Assembly (NCBI GenBank): GCA_041650775.1
Contig: JBAZKO010000002.1
Coordinates: 27,930-91,929, forward strand
From: Patescibacteria group bacterium
Lineage (GTDB): Bacteria; Patescibacteriota; Patescibacteriia; Patescibacteriales; UBA12465
DNA length: 64,000 nucleotides
Direction: 5' to 3'
Shown: piece by piece, positions 61,550-64,000 of the stretch
Layout of the letters: every line of letters starts with the position of its first letter
Position numbering within the stretch: position 1 is the first letter of the stretch
Translations under genes and position numbers: made by a program
The notes under the pieces: model-generated
Seen by the model: the letters and a program-made list of their open reading frames with translations, nothing else
Databases searched by the model: none
What the model was told of the DNA's origin: nothing

Positions 61550-61589
61550 CAAATTACTTTTAATTAACTAATTATTTAGAAAATTCCGT

Positions 61590-61850
61590 ATGCCAAACAA
61601 GAAATCGGCGGAAAAAGAACTGCGCAAGGCCGTTAAAAGAAATGCCGCCAACAAAAAAGTAGCTGAAAAGCTTAAAGATTTGGTTAAAATAAACCTCAAG
61701 CAGATTAAAGCAAATGATAAAAAAGTTAAGGAAGATTACACTAAAACTATTAAAGCGATCGATAAAGCGGTTAAAAAAGGCGTAATCAAGAAAAATACCG
61801 CCGCTCGAAAGAAATCGCGCCTGATGAAAAAAATCAACACGCTTAAATAA
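61590..61850 (+). CDS. rpsT: 30S ribosomal protein S20
   Basis: 86 aa, very basic. MPNKKSAEKELRKAVKRNAANKK... is the standard S20 N-terminus. Confidence 0.9.
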   Translation: MPNKKSAEKELRKAVKRNAANKKVAEKLKDLVKINLKQIKANDKKVKEDYTKTIKAIDKAVKKGVIKKNTAARKKSRLMKKINTLK

Positions 61851-61871
61851 GCGTTCTTAATAATTAATGTA

Positions 61872-61927
61872 CTCTTTCTGGGATGCGGCCGCCGGGAATC
61901 AAGCCCGAAGCCCCTTCTCGGATAGAG
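61872..61927 (+). promoter_or_regulatory. GC-rich structured leader upstream of rpsO (candidate S15 autoregulatory element)
   Basis: ctctttctgggatg (61872-61885) pairs with cttctcggatagag (61914-61927): 10 Watson-Crick pairs, 2 G-U and 2 mismatches. This encloses gcggccgc and the hairpin cggg-aatcaag-cccg. The structure ends 10 nt before the ATG. The flanks are AT-rich. Confidence 0.35.
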
Positions 61928-61937
61928 CGCCAAAACC

Positions 61938-62315
61938 ATGTTAGACAAAAAGAGCAAAGAAAGGATTATTAAAAAATTCCGGGTACACGACACCGACACC
62001 GGCTCCCCGCAAGTTCAGATTGCCATCCTGACCGAAGAAATCAAGGAACTGACCGAACATTTAAAAAATCACAAGCATGATTTCTCTTCCCGCCGTGGCT
62101 TATTGAAAAAAGTCGGGGAAAGACGGAAATTACTGAAATACCTGCAAAAAGAAAATGTCGAGGAATTCAAAAATTTGACCGAAAAATTAAAATTAAAAAT
62201 CGCTCAAAAACTGGAAGAAGAAGAGGAAGAGGAAAAGAAAAAAGAGAAAAAATATATCAATCCAGAAGAAGAAGCCGCCGAAATTAAGGAAGGCGTGGTG
62301 GAAGATGAAAAATAA
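61938..62315 (+). CDS. rpsO: 30S ribosomal protein S15 with ~38-aa acidic C-terminal extension
   Basis: [49 protein letters not shown] is the S15 core. Residues 88-125 ([38 protein letters not shown]) are extra. Confidence 0.9.
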   Translation: MLDKKSKERIIKKFRVHDTDTGSPQVQIAILTEEIKELTEHLKNHKHDFSSRRGLLKKVGERRKLLKYLQKENVEEFKNLTEKLKLKIAQKLEEEEEEEKKKEKKYINPEEEAAEIKEGVVEDEK

Positions 62316-62323
62316 TTATCATT

Positions 62324-62824
62324 ATGATCAAACATAAAGAACAACGGGTGGGAATTCTGGTCGATGTCTCGAATATGTATCATTCGGCTAAGAATTTATA
62401 CAGCAAAAAAGTCAACTTCAAGGAGATATTAGTCAAAGCAGTGGCCGGCCGGAAACTTATCCGGGCCACTGCTTATGCTATTCGGACCGAAAATAAGGAA
62501 GAAACGCCTTTTGTCGAAGCGCTAGAACAACAAGGTTTCGAAGTTAAAATGAAAGACCTGCAAATTTTCGCCGGCGGAGCGAAAAAGGCGGATTGGGATG
62601 TTGGTATCGCAATTGATGCGATTAAATTAGCCGACAAACTGGACGTTATCGTGATTGTCTCCGGCGACGGCGATTATTTACCCCTGGTTTCCTATCTGCA
62701 GAACAACAAAGGCTGTCTAGTAGAAATCATGGCTTTCCGCAAGACTTGCTCTTCCAAACTGGTTGAAGAAGCTGATGACTTTACGGATTTGGGAAGTAAT
62801 AAAAAATTTTTAATTTATAATTAG
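62324..62824 (+). CDS. NYN/LabA-like (PIN-related) domain protein
   Basis: 166 aa. VGILVDVSNMYHSA, ADWDVGIAIDAI and VIVSGDGDYLPLV are the conserved acidic blocks of the NYN (LabA/DUF88) fold. Confidence 0.8.
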   Translation: MIKHKEQRVGILVDVSNMYHSAKNLYSKKVNFKEILVKAVAGRKLIRATAYAIRTENKEETPFVEALEQQGFEVKMKDLQIFAGGAKKADWDVGIAIDAIKLADKLDVIVIVSGDGDYLPLVSYLQNNKGCLVEIMAFRKTCSSKLVEEADDFTDLGSNKKFLIYN

Positions 62825-62834
62825 AAGCTAAAAT

Positions 62835-62893
62835 TCTGACCGTTAAATAGATAGCGCTGTATACTAATACAGTTCTGTAATTTAGCGGCCAGA
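62835..62893 (+). promoter_or_regulatory. long stem-loop in the pnp leader (candidate processing/autoregulation site)
   Basis: tctgaccgttaaat (62835-62848) pairs with atttagcggccaga (62880-62893), 14 positions with one mismatch and one G-U. This encloses the hairpin ctgtat-acta-atacag (62857-62872). The 3' arm ends 9 nt before the pnp ATG. Confidence 0.4.
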
Positions 62894-62902
62894 CACAAAA
62901 TT

Positions 62903-64000
62903 ATGGAAAAAGTATTCACTGGCGAGTGGCTTGGCCGCCCTCTCACTATTAAAACTGGTAAAATTGCCCTGCAGGCCGATGCGGCCGTTTGGGTTCAGTA
63001 CGGAGAAACTGTCGTGCAAGCGACGGTTGTTCAGGCTAGAACCGAACGCGAAGGAATTGATTTCTTTCCGTTAATGGTGGAATTCGAAGAAAAATTATAT
63101 GCCGCCGGTATTATCAAAGGCTCACGTTGGATTAAACGCGAAGGACGTCCGACTGATCAGTCGATTCTGGCCGGCCGAATGATTGATCGTTCCATTCGCC
63201 CCCTATTCGCCACCGGCGATAACCGCGATGTCCAAGTCATTATCACGACTTTGGCGGTTGATCAGGAAAACGATCATGATATCGTCGCCCTAATCGCCGC
63301 TTCCGCGGTTTTGTCCATTTCCGGTTTGAATTGGAACGGGCCGATTGGCGGCGTTCGCGTCGGTCTGATTGAAGATAAGTTTGTTTTTAATCCGACTTAC
63401 GAAGAGCAGGCCAAGAGCTCTCTGGATTTAATTGTCGCCGGTACCGATAAAAAAGTTATTATGATCGAAGCGGGCGCGAACGAAGTGCCGGAGAATCTGA
63501 TGTTAAAAGCGATTATGGCCGGCCAGAAAGAAATGCAACCGGCGATTGACCTTATTAAGGAGTTAAAGAAATCGGTCGCGCCGAAAAGAACGGCGACAGT
63601 GACGGAAAAGAACGGCACGGAAGAAGAAAAGAAAGCGGCCTTGGAAAAAACCGAGTTATTAAAAATCGGCGAAGTCTGGCTGAGAGACAATATCAAAAAA
63701 ATCTTGTTCGACAAAATCTACTATACTAAAGGCGAGCGTAAATTGGCGGTCAGCGCTATCAAGGAACGGCTGGAAGAATATCTGACGACCCAGGGGCTGA
63801 ACGGCGACAGCCGCCGCTACATCGGTAAAAAATTAGTGGAAAAAATGATTGATGCTGAAGTGACAAAAGCGATTATCGAAGAAAAAAAACGGGTTGACGG
63901 CCGATCCTTGGACGAAATCCGACCGCTGGCCGCCGAAGTCGCTATCCTTCCCCGCGATCACGGAACTTCCCTGTTTTCCCGCGGCGAAACCCAAGTTATG
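62903..64000 (+). CDS. pnp: polyribonucleotide nucleotidyltransferase (PNPase), 3' end beyond window
   Basis: The frame is open from ATG 62903 to the window end (366 codons). It is not in the ORF track because it has no stop. MEKVFTGEWLGRPLTIKTGKIALQADAAVWVQYGETVV...FFPLMVEFEEKLYAAGIIKGSRWIKREGRPTDQSILAGRMIDRSIRPLF is the classic PNPase N-terminus. Confidence 0.95.
   Translation, partial: MEKVFTGEWLGRPLTIKTGKIALQADAAVWVQYGETVVQATVVQARTEREGIDFFPLMVEFEEKLYAAGIIKGSRWIKREGRPTDQSILAGRMIDRSIRPLFATGDNRDVQVIITTLAVDQENDHDIVALIAASAVLSISGLNWNGPIGGVRVGLIEDKFVFNPTYEEQAKSSLDLIVAGTDKKVIMIEAGANEVPENLMLKAIMAGQKEMQPAIDLIKELKKSVAPKRTATVTEKNGTEEEKKAALEKTELLKIGEVWLRDNIKKILFDKIYYTKGERKLAVSAIKERLEEYLTTQGLNGDSRRYIGKKLVEKMIDAEVTKAIIEEKKRVDGRSLDEIRPLAAEVAILPRDHGTSLFSRGETQVM

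Noticed and set aside
1-64000. Alternative genetic code (UGA recoding, as in some CPR lineages).
   Set aside because: Very long conserved ORFs (rpoC 1310 aa, rpoB 1099 aa, polA 943 aa) are uninterrupted under the standard code. TGA also functions as a genuine stop, for example at the GH57 gene end (31846-31848), which overlaps the next ATG.

Overview
This 64-kb window reads as a gene-dense chromosomal segment from a small-genome, fermentative bacterium. My inference is a CPR/Patescibacteria (Parcubacteria-like) organism. The grounds are the POR plus ADP-forming acetyl-CoA synthetase pair, the TrbC/VirB2-like 'pilin' membrane proteins, isolated tRNA-Ile/Ala genes, an almost complete lack of Shine-Dalgarno sequences, and many TM-anchored exported proteins. 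The standard genetic code applies: long ORFs are intact, and TGA, TAG and TAA are all used as stops.

I can support about 57 CDS, 5 tRNAs, one candidate large structured ncRNA, several near-consensus sigma70 promoters and several clear rho-independent terminators. I saw no rRNA, CRISPR array, transposase or integrase.

Housekeeping content:
- Energy and carbon: porGDAB, ADP-forming acetyl-CoA synthetase, gpmA, glgA-GH57-kinase.
- DNA and RNA: rnhA, recJ, ruvC, polA, holA, ftsK, rpoB, rpoC, pnp.
- Translation: lepA, rpsT, rpsO.
- Cell wall: murJ, a MurE-like ligase, murD, murI.
- Regulator: yebC.

Most interesting observations:
1. The POR operon is physically interleaved with two paralogous pilin-like, Cys-rich surface-protein genes. 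One of them ends in an H-x6-D...H-x-H (LAS zinc peptidase) motif.
2. A 7-gene sensory operon encodes orphan SBP, HAMP-only membrane protein, orphan SBP, histidine kinase and three stand-alone receivers. It sits in a roughly 15-kb region with 3 kinases and 4 receivers, none with a DNA-binding output.
3. A roughly 490-nt unit upstream of polA, with a candidate promoter and a clear terminator, has collinear blocks resembling RNase P RNA but an untraceable catalytic-domain closure and a long hairpin-rich 3' extension.
4. An autonomous single-gene cassette with a perfect TTGACA-17-TATAAT promoter and strong terminators lies just downstream of rpoC and encodes an unrecognisable 230-aa protein.
5. 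There are candidate cis-regulatory RNA structures in the rpsO and pnp leaders, and an initiator tRNA with A1/A72, C33 and a weakened G:C stack.

All coordinates were checked against ORF-track anchor points. No database search or folding computation was run.
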